Source: Phyllobates terribilis (Eukaryota). From it: DNA of 64,000 nucleotides. The notes below the pieces were generated by a model. That model searched no databases. It was not told the origin of the DNA and saw nothing but the letters and a program-made list of their open reading frames with translations. Positions 38,576 to 51,300 of the stretch are shown in pieces (positions within the stretch are counted from its first letter, which is position 1; each line of letters begins with the position of its first letter). The translations under genes and the position numbers were made by a program. Location: NCBI RefSeq assembly GCF_046119375.1, contig NW_027362771.1, forward strand, positions 586,272,001 through 586,336,000, in the 5' to 3' direction.

Positions 38576-41500
38576 ATGACGTCTCTAGTAAGTGCCCGCT
38601 TGGTGTTCAGGGTGCTTTGATTTATTTTCTATGTGGTGACCTCCTGCTTCATGTTCTGTTACAGGGGGGCAGCAGTCAGTCTGTTGGCGGCCAGTCTGTC
38701 ACTGAATATGTCGTTCGTGTTCCTAGGTGAGTAGTGAAGCTTTATGGGGTATTAAACATTCTGATAATCACTGAGGACCCCACTAACAATTTTTTTCTGA
38801 AAATTATATCTAAATCTCGGCAGTGCTCGCCTTGTCCACTAGGTGGCAGCAGCATTGTAATAATATTGCCCAGGCTGGGTCTGTACAGCACAGGTAACAT
38901 ATATGACCCCCGATTGTGATCTGGTCAGATGAGTTTGTGCTATAATATTTTTGGATTTTCCCATTTAAACTATGGGTGAAAAGATACTATTATATGTCAG
39001 CAGTGCTTAAAAAAAAAAAAAAAAAAGGCTAGCGCTTTTTCTTTGTTTAATGAAATTTTAAAAAATGAAAAAGTTCCAGAAAACTACTGTAAAAGATAGC
39101 AGAAAAGATACTCAGGAATCGACTAAAAGCAGGAAAAAAAAAAAAAAAAAGGATTTGTCACATTTGCAAAACTCCAGAGAAATGGAGCGATTCCTGAAGC
39201 GCTTTCTGCCGAATAAGACGCCGTGTGAACGTTCCCCTAACAGTGTGGTGAAAGCGGTTTTTCTGTATAACGAGGCGGATGTTGCAGAGATGCGGTGAGC
39301 GCAGATGGCAGCCGGTCTGCGGGCGCCTCCTCGCTGTGTGATATACAGATGTAATCTATAATATATTTATTATATATAACTGTATGTTTTGTGTTTTCTG
39401 CTGCAGGAACCCCAGTAAAAGATATAATCTTATGGGATTTAATGCGGCAGATAAAGTGGATTTCTCTACATGGAACCAGGTACTAAAGGAAGTGTAATGC
39501 TGCTTCCTAAGCAGTGTGATGGGCGCCCACACTTTCCACACTCTTAGCTGGATAGGGATGACGTCTGGGTCACGAACCCTGCGGCAGCTCTAAGTTCAGG
39601 TTCAGGGTTTCCAACAAGAAACCCCATCGTGTAACAATCACTCACTGTGCAGCTTTCAGGACCAGAGTCTCAGGATTGCTTACTGTGTCTGGCATCCAAC
39701 TGAAACGGACCTTGGGAGAAGCAGAGAGTCATCGAGGCTCAGGATTGTTTAGTATGTCTGGCATTCAACCAACCCGGACCTTGGGAGAAGCGTCGTACAG
39801 AGAGTCCTATAACAATGCTGGCGGCCAGAGCTCATCCATGTTGGCTGTAGGGTGTTAATAAGACAGGGCAGCCCTTTGAATGCTTCCTTTTCAGCTGGAT
39901 GCCAGGCACAGTGTACAGCCCCCAGTCTCAGGTTCTGTATAGGTAGTATGGGTACAAGTCTTGGGGGCACCCACCGATGGGTGAGAAGGGCACGATGCAC
40001 CGATCGTGTATAATGATTATTTACAGATGGCGCAGGAGCGTCGTACATGTGTGACTTATGGGAAAGTGGTTTACTGTAGGGTCTGTGATTTATCGGGTAC
40101 TTCTCGGTAAGCAGCCAGCTGTTCGGCAGACCCTCTCTGATCTATATAAAATATGGTGAGGAATCATTTTCTCAGCCTTACTACTGGCAGTGGTGCCAGC
40201 CTGCAGAGCCGACACGGGGGGCATCCCACTGATTGTAATGGATCCTTTCCTGACAGGCTCGTATGGAGCGTGATCTGAGCGCCAAGAAGATGTATCAGGA
40301 AGAGGAGATGCCAGACTCTGGCGCGGGGAGCGAATACAATCGCAAGCAGAAAGAGGAGTCCCGGCGGAGGAAGTACGGCATTATTCTGAAGGAGTTCAAG
40401 ATAGAAGACCAACCCTGGCTGCTAAGGGTTAATGGCAAAGCCGGGCGCAAGTGAGTGGCACGAAGCTGACCCCGGGAGCGGAGCCTGAAGGCGGGAGCCA
40501 TGTTTATATCTGTATTCTGTAACAGGTTCAAAGGTGTGAAGAAGGGCGGAGTGACGGAGAACGCGTCCTACTTCATCTTCACCCAGTGTCCGGATGGAGC
40601 GTTCGAAGCATTTCCAGTTTCCAACTGGTACAACTTCACTCCACTGGCCAAGCACCGCACGCTGACCGCCGAGGAGGCCGAGCAGGAATGGGACCGGTGA
40701 GAGGCACCGAGGCCGGGCACCCCGCCGCCTCATCTATCGTCTGCTGTTATCAGGCAGGAGGGGGGTGACTATAGTGATGTCGCTCCCACTGCTGGGACGT
40801 TTACATCCTTATTTTCCATTGATTTGTTTACAGACGGAACAAAATCCTCAACCACTTCACCATCATGCAGCAGCGTCGACTGAAGGATCTGGACGACGAT
40901 GACGAGGAAGGCGGCCTCAAGCTGGACAAGGGTGCAAAGAGTAAGAAAAAGAAGAAAAAAAGCGACCTCAAGATTCACGACCTGGAGGACGACCTGGAGC
41001 TGAGTTCCAGCGACAGTGAGGAGAGCGGAGAAGACGGTGAGAGGCTGGGAGGGATGGGTGGTCCATCCTGTGCGGGGGTCACGTCAGATGTTGACGAGGA
41101 GCAGGATTTCTGTGAAGTCATGTCAGATCCGGGTCACGGTATTGTTTTGCTTTTTTTCCCAACCTCCCAGGACGAAGCACTGAGCCATATCCATTGTGTG
41201 GCTATTTGCTTTCGTCTGGGTTCTTGTAAAATCCAGCCCCATAAAATCTCCAATAAAATGTGACGCCATGTGGAGCTGAGGAGACTTATTACAGCGCTCA
41301 CACTCCAGCACAATGTAATCTGTCTTTGCCTTTTTAATCACTTTCCACATATTGACGCACAGTTGTGGCTCTGGGATACATACAGCGGGTGAAATAAGTA
41401 TTGAACACGTTTACTGAAATTTAATTAATACTTCATACAAAAGCCTTTGTTGGTGATGAAGCTTCAAGACGCCTCCTGCACGGAGAAACTAGTCGCAGGC

Positions 41501-44500
41501 ATTGCTCAGGTGTAATTTTGTCCCATTCTTCCACATAAACTCTTTACAACCTGACGTTCACGTGGGCTCCTTCTATGAACTCTGAGCTTTGGTTCCTTCC
41601 ATACATTTTCTATTGGAGTCAGGTCCGGTGATTGGCTGGGTCGTTCTAGCAGCTTTATATTCTTTCTCTGAAACCAACTGCTTTTCCTTGGCTGTGTGTT
41701 TGGGATCATTGTGTTGCTGAAATGTCCACTCTCGTTTCATCTTCTTCATCCTGATAGATGGCAGCAGACTTTTATCTAGACTGTCTCAGTACATTTGTCC
41801 ATTCATCCTACCTTGAATCATATGAAGTTTGGCAGTGCCGTATGCTGAAAAACAGCCCCACACCATGGTGGTTCCCACCTCCAAACTTCACTGTTGGTCT
41901 GGTGTTTTTGGGGTGATATGCAGCTCCTTTTGGCCTCCAAACATCGTGTGTATTATGGCATCCAAAGAGTTCAATTTTGGTCTCCTCTGACCAGACTATA
42001 TGAATATTTCACAGACTTGTCTAAATGTTGTTGAGCAAACTGTAAATGCTCTTGATCATGCTTTTTGCTCAGCAATGGAGTCTTGTGTGATGAGCGTGCA
42101 CACAGGCCATGGAGGTTGCGTGGAGAGCGTGCACACAGGCCATGGAGGTTGCGTGGAGAGCGTGCACACAGGCCATGGAGGTTGCGTGGAGAGCGTGCAC
42201 ACAGGCCATGGAGGTTGCGTGGAGAGCGTGCACACAGGCCATGGAGGTTGCGTGGAGAGCGTGCACACAGGCCATGGAGGTTGCGTGGTGAGCGTGCACA
42301 CAGGCCATGGAGGTTGCGTGGAGAGCGTGCACACAGGCCATGGAGGTTGCGTGGAGAGCGTGCACACAGGCCATGGAGGTTGCGTGGAGAGCGTGCACAC
42401 AGGCCATGGAGGTTGCGTGGAGAGCGTGCACACAGGCCATGGAGGTTGCGTGGTGAGCGTGCACACAGGCCATGGAGGTTGCGTGGAGAGCGTGCACACA
42501 GGCCATGGAGGTTGCGTGGAGAGCGTGCACACAGGCCATGGAGGTTGCGTGGAGAGCGTGCACACAGGCCATGGAGGTTGCGTGGAGAGCGTGCACACAG
42601 GCCATGGAGGCTGCGTGGAGAGCGTGCACACAGGCCATGGAGGCTGCGTGGAGAGCGTGCACACAGGCCATGGAGGCTGCGTGGAGAGCGTGCACACAGG
42701 CCATGGAGGCTGCGTGGAGAGCGTGCACACAGGCCATGGAGGCTGCGTGGAGAGCGTGCACACAGGCCATGGAGGTTGAGTGCATTACTTCTAGTTTTCT
42801 TTGAAACAATTGCACCTGCTGATTCCAGGTTTCTGTAGCTCTCCACAGCTGCTCCTTGGCTCTTTGACAACTCTTCTGATAATTATTTTCACTCCTCTGT
42901 CTGAAATCTTGCGGAGAGCACCTTGTTCGCGACCGGTTTATGGTGAAATGATGTTCTTTCCACATCTGCATTATGGCCCCAACAGTGCTCACTGGAACCT
43001 TCAGTAGTTTAAAAATTCCTCTGTAACCAACGGCATCAGGATGTTTTGCAACAATAAGGTTGTGAAGGTTTTGAGACAGCTCACTGGTTTTACCAATCAT
43101 GAGATGTTTCTTGTATGGCACCTTGGTAATGAGACACCTTTTTATAGGCCATCAGTTGAACCAGCTATTATTTGTCACTAACTGGCAGGATTGCTTTTTA
43201 ATTACTGATAGATTTCCGCTGGTGTCAGGACTTTCCATGACTTTTTGCACCTTTCTTCATGTGTTCAATACTTTTTCCCTGTGTCATTTTTAATTAATAC
43301 ACATAACGTAATTTATGCACATCTATGGTTTGACAGCTTTGACTGTGTGGATTTAATTTGTTGTTACCGATATCCGGTGAGAATTTCATGTCAATAGCAC
43401 CTTTAGAAACAGATTTACTTAGAAAATTGGTGACATATTCAATGCTTATTTCACCCACTGTATCTTGTTCATGGAAGAACCCCTTTAAAGAGGACCTCTT
43501 TTAACCTAACAGTGCCCCTGCGGACAGTCATGGCGGCCCCTGAGCCGGGTCTACCAGAGCCATCTCTGATCTCGGCTGTTCGTCAGCATTTAGATGCTTC
43601 TTTAGAGTTCACGTTTGGCTCCCAGGGCTCGATCCTGTGAAGTGACAAGATTGAGTTGGTTTATTGCAGTATAAGCCATCAAATGTGATCGCAGGTTCAA
43701 TCCACTAGGGAAATGTTTGTCACCCCCATCCCTCTCCTTTTCCCAATTTAAGCTTTTAATCATTTCTGTTATGTTTCAATTTAAGGAGAGCGACGGCCTA
43801 AAGCCCCAAAGAAAACTGCTGCGAGCAAGAAGAAGAAGAAGAAATCTCGTTCTGACGACGAGGCCATCGAGGACAGCGACGATGGAGACTACGAGGGGCA
43901 GGAGGTGGACTATATGTCTGATGAGAGCAGGTAACGTAGCTCCGTGCGGGAGACGCTGCCGGTCTGATGGTGACACCACCGCTCAGCTCATGTCCTCTCC
44001 TTGCAGCTCAGAAGATGAAGTTCCTGGGAAACCAGTTCCCTTGAAGGAGGACGAGCATCCTAAAGGTAACCACAACCTGTCCGTCGTCCCCTGTGGAGCA
44101 TCAGATGAGACGTCGTACTTTACTTTCTGCCCAAACAGAAAGTTACTCATCTGTCCCAGTATTCTGGTGTCATTCACACCAAGCAGAGCAGTAACCGATG
44201 GTGCTGGCGACGTGCACATTGTGCCAACCATGTTGGATTGATTGCTGATCTTTGATGTTGCGGGCTTTTATAGCACGTCTCCAAGATTTATGTTGTATCT
44301 TGTAGGCATTGATGAAGGAAGCGAGAGCAGCGAGGAGAGTGAAGAGGAGAAGGTAGAAGAAGAGGAGGAGGAAGAGAAGAAAGTACCTACACCCCAGGAA
44401 AAGAAGAAGAAGAGAGGTGAGGCCAAAGTCTGGCTTGGACAGTCCGTCTCATATTGTCTTCCTCTGTAATGGATGGGCCTCCATGTTTTCCCTGGGGGCC

Positions 44501-45724
44501 AATAGTTGGTTCTGATTGGCGTTATCACAGTCCTCACCATTTATAAATGATAACCCCGAAAATCACAAGAGATAGAAAGGCCATTACTCTGTATTCTCTC
44601 CCCGTAGACAGCAGTGACGAGTCTGAGACGTCTGAGGACAGTGATATAGACGGAGAGGCCTCCTCCGCTCTCTTCATGCAGGTAATGGGGGGATATAAGT
44701 GTCTTCTCGGGCTCGTAATATAGCCGAGCTGCTAATTATGTAACGGACACTTGAGCTGTATTTGTTTCTTTATAGAAAAAGAAGACTCCTCCGAAGAAGG
44801 ATAAGAAAGGTGGCTCCAACAACAGCTCCCGCGCCAACAGCCGGCCGGGCACCCCGTCCCCTGATTCGGGGAACACGTCTAACACGCTGAGGGCTGCAGC
44901 CAGTAAACTGGAGCAAGGTGCGGTGGTCGGATGACGGGCGCTCTGTCTATACATCCTCCCCACTTATCACTAACATTTGTTTTTGGCCATTTCCTCCAGG
45001 TAAACGTGGCGCTGCCAATCACACTCCAGCAGCAAAGCGTCTAAAGATGGATTCTGGACCTCAGAACACGTCAGGAAAATCAACCCCTCAGCCCCAGTCT
45101 GGAAAGTCTACACCCAGCAGCGGGTAAGTGGCTCTACGTGTAGGTCAGATTCATAGAGGGGTCCGCCGTCCATGTCTCCCCACTGTGAATCAAAGTGTCC
45201 TTCCCTTTCTAGTGAATGCACTGGGGAAGGGGACAGATGGCTATAAATGCACCAGGGTAGGTTTTGCAGGCTTCCCTCTTGACACGAACCATTTTATGTT
45301 TCATTTCCACCCAACATTTCTCGGACTGTTTGCTGGCTGTGTCATCGGTCGTTGTGCCTTCCTGTAGAAATCCTTTTAATTGCTTGTAAATGGAGACTTT
45401 GAGAATCTTCCAGAAACCAGTGCACCTCCTCTGGGTGTCATAAGGTCCTATGAAAAATACTATATAAGGGCTTGTTCACACGCACGTATTTGAATCCAGC
45501 TTCCTCTTCCTTCTCACAGGGACATTCAGTTGACGGAAGAAGCGGTTAGAAGGTATCTGACCCGCAAACCCATGACGACCAAGGACTTACTGAAAAAATT
45601 CCAAACCAAGAAGACCGGTCTGAGCAGCGAGCAGACGGTGAACGTGCTCGCCCAGATTCTGAAGAGGCTCAACCCCGACCGCAAGACAATTCATGAAAAA
45701 ATGCACTTCTACCTGAAGGAATGA
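38576..45724 (+). CDS. gtf2f1: General transcription factor IIF subunit 1 (RAP74), 524 aa, 13 coding exons
   Basis: Exons 38576-38587 (MTSL), 38665-38726 (...[10 protein letters not shown]), 39407-39479, 40257-40450, 40526-40696, 40834-41036, 43786-43930, 44007-44065, 44306-44416, 44608-44681, 44776-44917, 45000-45123, 45520-45724 (...MHFYLKE*). All GT-AG and phase-consistent; total 1575 nt. C-terminal winged-helix [19 protein letters not shown]. Confidence 0.96.
38836..38851 (+). promoter_or_regulatory. Candidate CTCF site in gtf2f1 intron
   Basis: CCACTAGGTGGCAGCA fits the CTCF core consensus. Confidence 0.45.
41383..43460 (-). mobile_element. Tc1-like transposon in gtf2f1 intron 6, transposase disrupted
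   Basis: TA TSD at 41381-41382 and 43461-43462. TIRs CAGCGGGTGAAATAAGTATTGAA and TTCAATGCTTATTTCACCCACTG. Minus-strand transposase fragments ([15 protein letters not shown]; [17 protein letters not shown]). Confidence 0.9.
42092..42778. repeat. 33-bp minisatellite (~21 copies) inside the Tc1 transposase
   Basis: Unit GAGAGCGTGCACACAGGCCATGGAGG(T/C)TGCGTG. The ORF track shows 11-aa periodic peptides on both strands. Confidence 0.97.
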
Positions 45725-46739
45725 CCGCGGGGCTCCGGTACCAGCAGGACCGGCAAACGCGGCCCCTTGGACTCCATCTTTATAAATGACCCAGTCGATG
45801 CGCAGAGGAGGTGCGAGCGGCTTAGATGGGGAATGTGTGATTGTATATTTTTCCATCCGATTTGTAATAAGGATGATTAAGTATCTGTGGTTATTGTTTT
45901 TTATTACTTTGTGGAATGACTAGTATTAAAATGAGACTTTTATGTATTTCCTGTGTTCTGTGTTGCTGGCTGATCGCAGCGTGGTCCTCGGCGCCAGCAT
46001 CTCCGTCATCCTCGACAGCTGTGCAGTGTGGGCAGTGCCCGGATGGGACTGTCTGAATACTTCACATATCTGAACAATAGCCCAATTCCTTCTGTCTCTG
46101 GATTTCATCGGCTTGGAACGTCCTATTGATTTTAACTCCAGATTAAGAGTTTGGAGAAGATTCCCCCACCCACCTTTAAGGGTTCACAGGTACGAGGCAA
46201 AGCGATGCTCATTTAATGGCTGAACTTTGTAGCGAGCAAATGAAAGCAGAGTATAATTATTGCACAATAATTCCAGATCAAGGAGGCAAAATATGGAAAT
46301 GACCACAAAAAAAATCCCAAATGACATTTTGTTCCTCGAGCTTTTGTCGGTCTGGATCGTATCACTCACTAATGATGATGGAGACTTGACATGAACCATT
46401 TTTTGTTTCATTTCACTACATTTCTTGGACTGGTTGCTGGCCGTGTCATCGATCGTTGTACTTTCCTGTAGAAATCCTTTTAACTTTCTTGCTATTTTCC
46501 ATCTATGAAATGAGGTGACCAAAATTTCTACGTTGAGGTAATGACCGCCATCTCCTTGTCCTTTTCTCTTACATCCATGTGATAAAAACATGGGAAATGT
46601 AGAAAGAGGTTCCCGCAGGCAGTCATCATCCTAATATTTCATTACAATGGCCCCGCACATACCCCATGACCTTTTCTACATTTTTACTCCCACAAACTTA
46701 AATGTATTTTATTGGGATACCAACACAAAGTAGCAAGTA

Positions 46740-48389
46740 CAGTTATATGAAAAAGTTTGGGCACCCCTATTAATCTTAAGCTTATTGTTTTATAAAAATT
46801 GGTGTTTTTGCAACAGCTATTTCAGTTTGATATATGTAATAACTGTTGGACACAGTAATGTTTCGGCCTTGAAATGAGGTTTATTGTACTAACAGAAAAT
46901 GTGCAATCTACATTCAAACAAAATTTGACAGGTGCATAAGTATGGGCACCCTTATCATTTTCTTGTTTTAAATACTCCTACCTACTTTTTACTGACTTAC
47001 TAAAGCGCTTTTTTTGGTTTTGTAACCTCATTGAGCTTTGAACTTCATAGCCAGGTGTATGCAATCATGAGAAAAGCTACTTAAAGTGGCCACTTGCAAG
47101 TTGTTCTCCTGTTTGAATCTCCTCTGAAGAGTGGCATCATGGGCTCCTCAAAACAACTGTCAAATGATCTGAAAACAAAGATTATTCAACATAGTTGTTC
47201 AGGGGAAGGATACAAAAAGCTGTCTCAGAGATTTAACCTGTCAGTTTCCACTGTGAGGAACATAGTAAGGAAATGGAAGAACACAGGGACAGTTCTTGTT
47301 AAGGCCAGAAGTGGCAGGCCAAGAAAAACATCAGAAAGGCAGAGAAGAAGAATGGTGAGATCAGTCAAGGACAATCCTCAGACCACCTCCAGAGAGCTGC
47401 AGCATCAACTTGCTGCAGATGGTGTCACTGTGCATCGGTCAACTATACAACGCACTTTGCACAAGGAGAAGCTGAATGGGAGAGTGATGCAAAAGAAGCC
47501 GTTTCTGCAAGCACGCCACAAGCAGAGTCGGCTGAGGTATGCAAAAGCACATTTGGAGAAGCCAATTTCTTTTTGGAAGAAGGTCCTGTGGACTGATGAA
47601 ACCAAGATTGAGTTGTTTGGTCATACAAAAAGGCGTTATGCATGGCGGCAAAAAAACACAGCATTCCAAGAAAAACACTTGCTACCCACAGTAAAATTTG
47701 GTGGAGGTTCCATCATGCTTTGGGGCTGTGTGGCCAATGCCGGCACCGGGAATCTTGTTAAAGTTGAGGGACGCATGGATTCCACTCAGTATCAGCAGAT
47801 TCTTGACAATAATGTTCAAGAATCAGTGATAAAGTTGAAGTTACGCAGGGGATGGATCTTTCAGCAAGACATTGATCCAAAACACCGCTCCAAATCTACT
47901 CAGGCATTCATGCAGAGGAACAATTACAATGTTCTGGAATGGCCATCCCAGTCCCCAGACCTGAATATCATTGAACATCTGTGGGATCATTTGAAGAGGG
48001 CTGTCCATGCTCGGCGACCATCAAACTTAACTGAACTGGAATTGTTTTGTAAAGAGGAATGGTCAAAAATACCTTCATCCAGGATCCAGGAACTCATTAA
48101 AAGCTACAGGATGCGACTAGATGCTGTTATTTTTGCAAAAGGAGGATCTACTAAATATTAATGTCACTTTTCTGGTGAGGTGCCCAAACTTATGCACCTG
48201 TCAAATTTTGTTTGAATGCAGATTGCACATTTTCTGTTAGTACAATAAACCTCATTTCAAGGCAGAAACATTACTGTGTCCAACAGTTATTACATATATC
48301 AAACTGAAATAGCTGTTGCAAAAACACCAATTTTTATAAAACATTAAGCTTAAGATTAATAGGGGTGCCCAAACTTTTTCATATAACTG
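46740..48389 (+). mobile_element. Young, apparently intact Tc1 DNA transposon (1650 bp, IR/DR-type TIRs)
   Basis: TA TSD at 46738-46739 and 48390-48391. ~210-bp near-perfect TIRs starting CAGTTATATGAAAAAGTTTGGGCACCC, with an inner direct repeat (AAGTATGGGCACC). Confidence 0.97.
47139..48161 (+). CDS. Tc1 transposase, 340 aa, DD34E
   Basis: Uninterrupted ORF MGSSKQLSNDLKTKII...GGSTKY*. GRPRK linker, WTDETK, FQQDIDPKH and SPDLNIIE motifs; 34 residues between the second D and the E. Confidence 0.95.
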   Translation: MGSSKQLSNDLKTKIIQHSCSGEGYKKLSQRFNLSVSTVRNIVRKWKNTGTVLVKARSGRPRKTSERQRRRMVRSVKDNPQTTSRELQHQLAADGVTVHRSTIQRTLHKEKLNGRVMQKKPFLQARHKQSRLRYAKAHLEKPISFWKKVLWTDETKIELFGHTKRRYAWRQKNTAFQEKHLLPTVKFGGGSIMLWGCVANAGTGNLVKVEGRMDSTQYQQILDNNVQESVIKLKLRRGWIFQQDIDPKHRSKSTQAFMQRNNYNVLEWPSQSPDLNIIEHLWDHLKRAVHARRPSNLTELELFCKEEWSKIPSSRIQELIKSYRMRLDAVIFAKGGSTKY

Positions 48390-51300
48390 TATTTGTGAAG
48401 TGTAAAGAAAATGATACATGGTTTAATTATTTTAAAATTATAAATCTGATAATTGTGACGTGCATTTGTATTCAGCCCCCTGTGGTCTGATAGCCCTAAA
48501 TAAAATCCTGAATGACCAATTGCCTCCAGACATCACATAATTAGTACATTGAGTCTACCTGTGTGTAATTTCTTCTCAGTATAACTACAGCTGATCTGTG
48601 AAGGCCTCAGAGGTTTGTGTGAGATCATTAGGGATCAAACAGCATCATGAAAACCAAGGAGCACACCAGACAGGTCAGGGATAAAGTTGTGAAGAGTAAA
48701 GCAGGGTTAGGTTATAAAAAAAAAATATATATATATCCCAAGCTCTGAACATCTCACAGAGCACTGTACAATCTATCATTCAAAATGGAAGGAGTACTGC
48801 AAACCTACCGAGACATGGCCATCCACCTACACTGACATCCCATGCAAGGAATACACTAATTAGAGAAGCCGCCAAGAGGCTCATGGGTCACTGGAAGAGC
48901 TGCAGAGATCCACAGCTCAGGTGGGAGAATCTCAGGACAACTATTAGTCATATACTCCACAAATCTGACCTTTATGGAAGAGAAGAAAGCCATTTTTTTT
49001 AAGAAGTCCTGTTTGCAGTCTGCAAAAAGCCAAGTATGGGGACACAGTGAGCATGTGGAAGAAGGTGCTTCGGTCAGATGATGGCAAAGTAGAACTTTTT
49101 GGGCTAAATGCAACACTGGACATCACCCTGAAAACACCATCCCCACCGTCACACGTGGTGGCAGCATGCTGCTGTAGGGAGACTTTTCTTCAGCAGGGAC
49201 GGAAGCTGGTATGAGTTGCTGGGCAGATGGATGGAGCTAAATACAGGGCAATCCTGAAGGAAAACCTGTTAGAGGCTGAGACTGGGGCGTATGTTCACCT
49301 TCCAGCAGGCCTACGGTCCTAAACATCCTGCCAGAGCTACAATGGAGGGTTTTGAGCAAAGCATATTCCTGTGTAAACAGCGCAGTACAGTCCTGACTTT
49401 AATCTCATTGAGAATTTGTGACAATTGCTGATCACAGACGTCTCCATCCAATCTCACTGAGCGAGAGCGAGTGTGCAAAGAAGAAGGTGCAAAAATGTCA
49501 CCTCTACGTGTGCAAAGCTGGTAGAGACAGACCCCAAAAGACTGCAGAGAAAGCTGGAGAGACAGACCCCAAAAGACTGCAGCTGTAACTGCAGAGAAAG
49601 GTGGTCTTACAAAGTATTGACTAAGGGGGCTGGATACAAATGCACAACACAATTTTCAGATTTATATTTAAGAATTAAATACCCATGTATCATTTCCTTT
49701 CCACTTCACAGATACTTGCTACTTTGTGTTGGTATCACATAAAATCCCAATAAAATACATTTAAGTTTGTGGGTGTAAAGTGGAAAAGTTCACAGGGTAT
49801 GAATACTTTTTCAAGGCATTGTAAATCCCATTTCATTTCTCACGGATCCGTCGTAAAAGCTGCCTCCTGCTTCCTCCCATTTGTTTTCAGTTGTTTGATG
49901 TGGATTGTTTTTTTTGTTTTTTTATTTCCACGGCGTGTTTACTATGCGTTTTCGAGCCTGGCCCTTTTTTAGTCTTCCTTCGTGACAGCTCAACAGGAGA
50001 GTAACTTACTAATTACTGGGACTCCTAAGAAATGAGCTTCTTGAATGGAGCAGGTGTGCATGCCCGACCTCCGCTCCATACATTGGACCGGCAGAGAAAG
50101 CCGAGCACAGAGCTCCGCTACTTCCACCATTACCATACACGATGAATGGAGCATGTGCCCCTCTGCTCCACTCTTGGAGGTTCCTGCGGCCGGACCCAGA
50201 GTGATCAGTAAGCTACCAGCTTTCAATTCTGGGAACGGCAGAATACTTTTCATCTTTAGAAATTACACTTTGATTCCACATTTTTTTTTTTACACTTCTT
50301 CCTCTGGAAAAAACATTAAGTAAAAAAATGTTTTACGTTATTTCAGTTATATTTCATGAAGCCAGGATGTTTCGCTATTGAGCAAGGCTTCTACACCAAC
50401 ATAGACAGATTTTTTTTTTACTGTAAGAGCAGTGAGATTACAGGATTTTGTCAGAAGAAGTTATCATGGTGAGATTTCAACATGGATCTGGATGCACGGG
50501 TGGCAGAATAGGTGAAAAAGAAAAGAAAGTAATGGTTCTTAATTGTAGGTGAATCAACTCTGCACCAAAAGCATATAGAACAATAGCTAAAGAAAAGGCT
50601 TACCAGTGAGGTAAAGCGATAACTAGGAGAATTCTATTTCCACAGGTATAGATCAAAAATACTCAAAAATAAAAGGTATTACTTAATCATTTCCGGATCG
50701 CCCATAGACTTTAAAACGGACGGTCCACACTTTACTCTGCACTGACATCAGTGCAAAGTAGAGTAAGGGCTTGCCTGAGATACTGCGAGAGATGGGAGTC
50801 GGCTGTCAGGCAGAGCCGGACTCCTCATAGAGAACACAGACATGGTTTATTACCATCTCTGCCTTCCTAATCCCCAATAGACCAGCCCCGGTTACAGGGA
50901 AAATCAGCAATAAAATGAGTATATTAATATGTTAAAGTGTCCCCCACCCAAAGTATTCTATGACCTTATGGGTGGCACAATGTATAAACTAGATGAGGGG
51001 AAAAAAAAAAAAAAAAACACGGCCAGCTGTTTCTAGCCAGGCCCCCTTCGAAAAAAGTCTAATTCCTACAGAAAGGGGAGCGCAATTTAAAATCATTTTA
51101 GCCGTTGTTTGTGGCCGCAAAAAAAAAAGTTAAAAAGTGTCCCTTTTTCTCCGATAGCTAAAAAAATAAATATTAAAAAAAAGTGAAAATTATTTCAAAA
51201 TGGCCCAGTCCTGAACTGGTTAAACCATTCCTGCAGAAGTTCATTAACGTTACGGGGAGGTTTTCCCATTTTCTATTTGCTCTGGGACTTCTCGGCATAT

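Larger units (their letters stand above)
46645..49821 (+). mobile_element. Older degenerate Tc1-like element, interrupted in its left TIR by the younger Tc1
   Basis: Right end ...GAATACTTTTTCAAGGCATTG|TA at 49821. The matching left TIR sequence is split: ...CAACACAAAGTAGCAAG before 46738 and TTTGTGAAGTG... after 48391. Decayed transposase starts MKTKEHTRQVRDKVV near 48647. Left boundary approximate. Confidence 0.8.

Noticed and set aside
41971-43121. Five ORFs of 235-350 aa with 11-aa periodicity
   Set aside because: Products of the 33-bp minisatellite in a dead transposase, not independent genes.
47094-47138. 15-aa N-terminal extension of the Tc1 transposase in the ORF track
   Set aside because: Starts at TTG. 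The ATG at 47139 gives the canonical 340-aa length.
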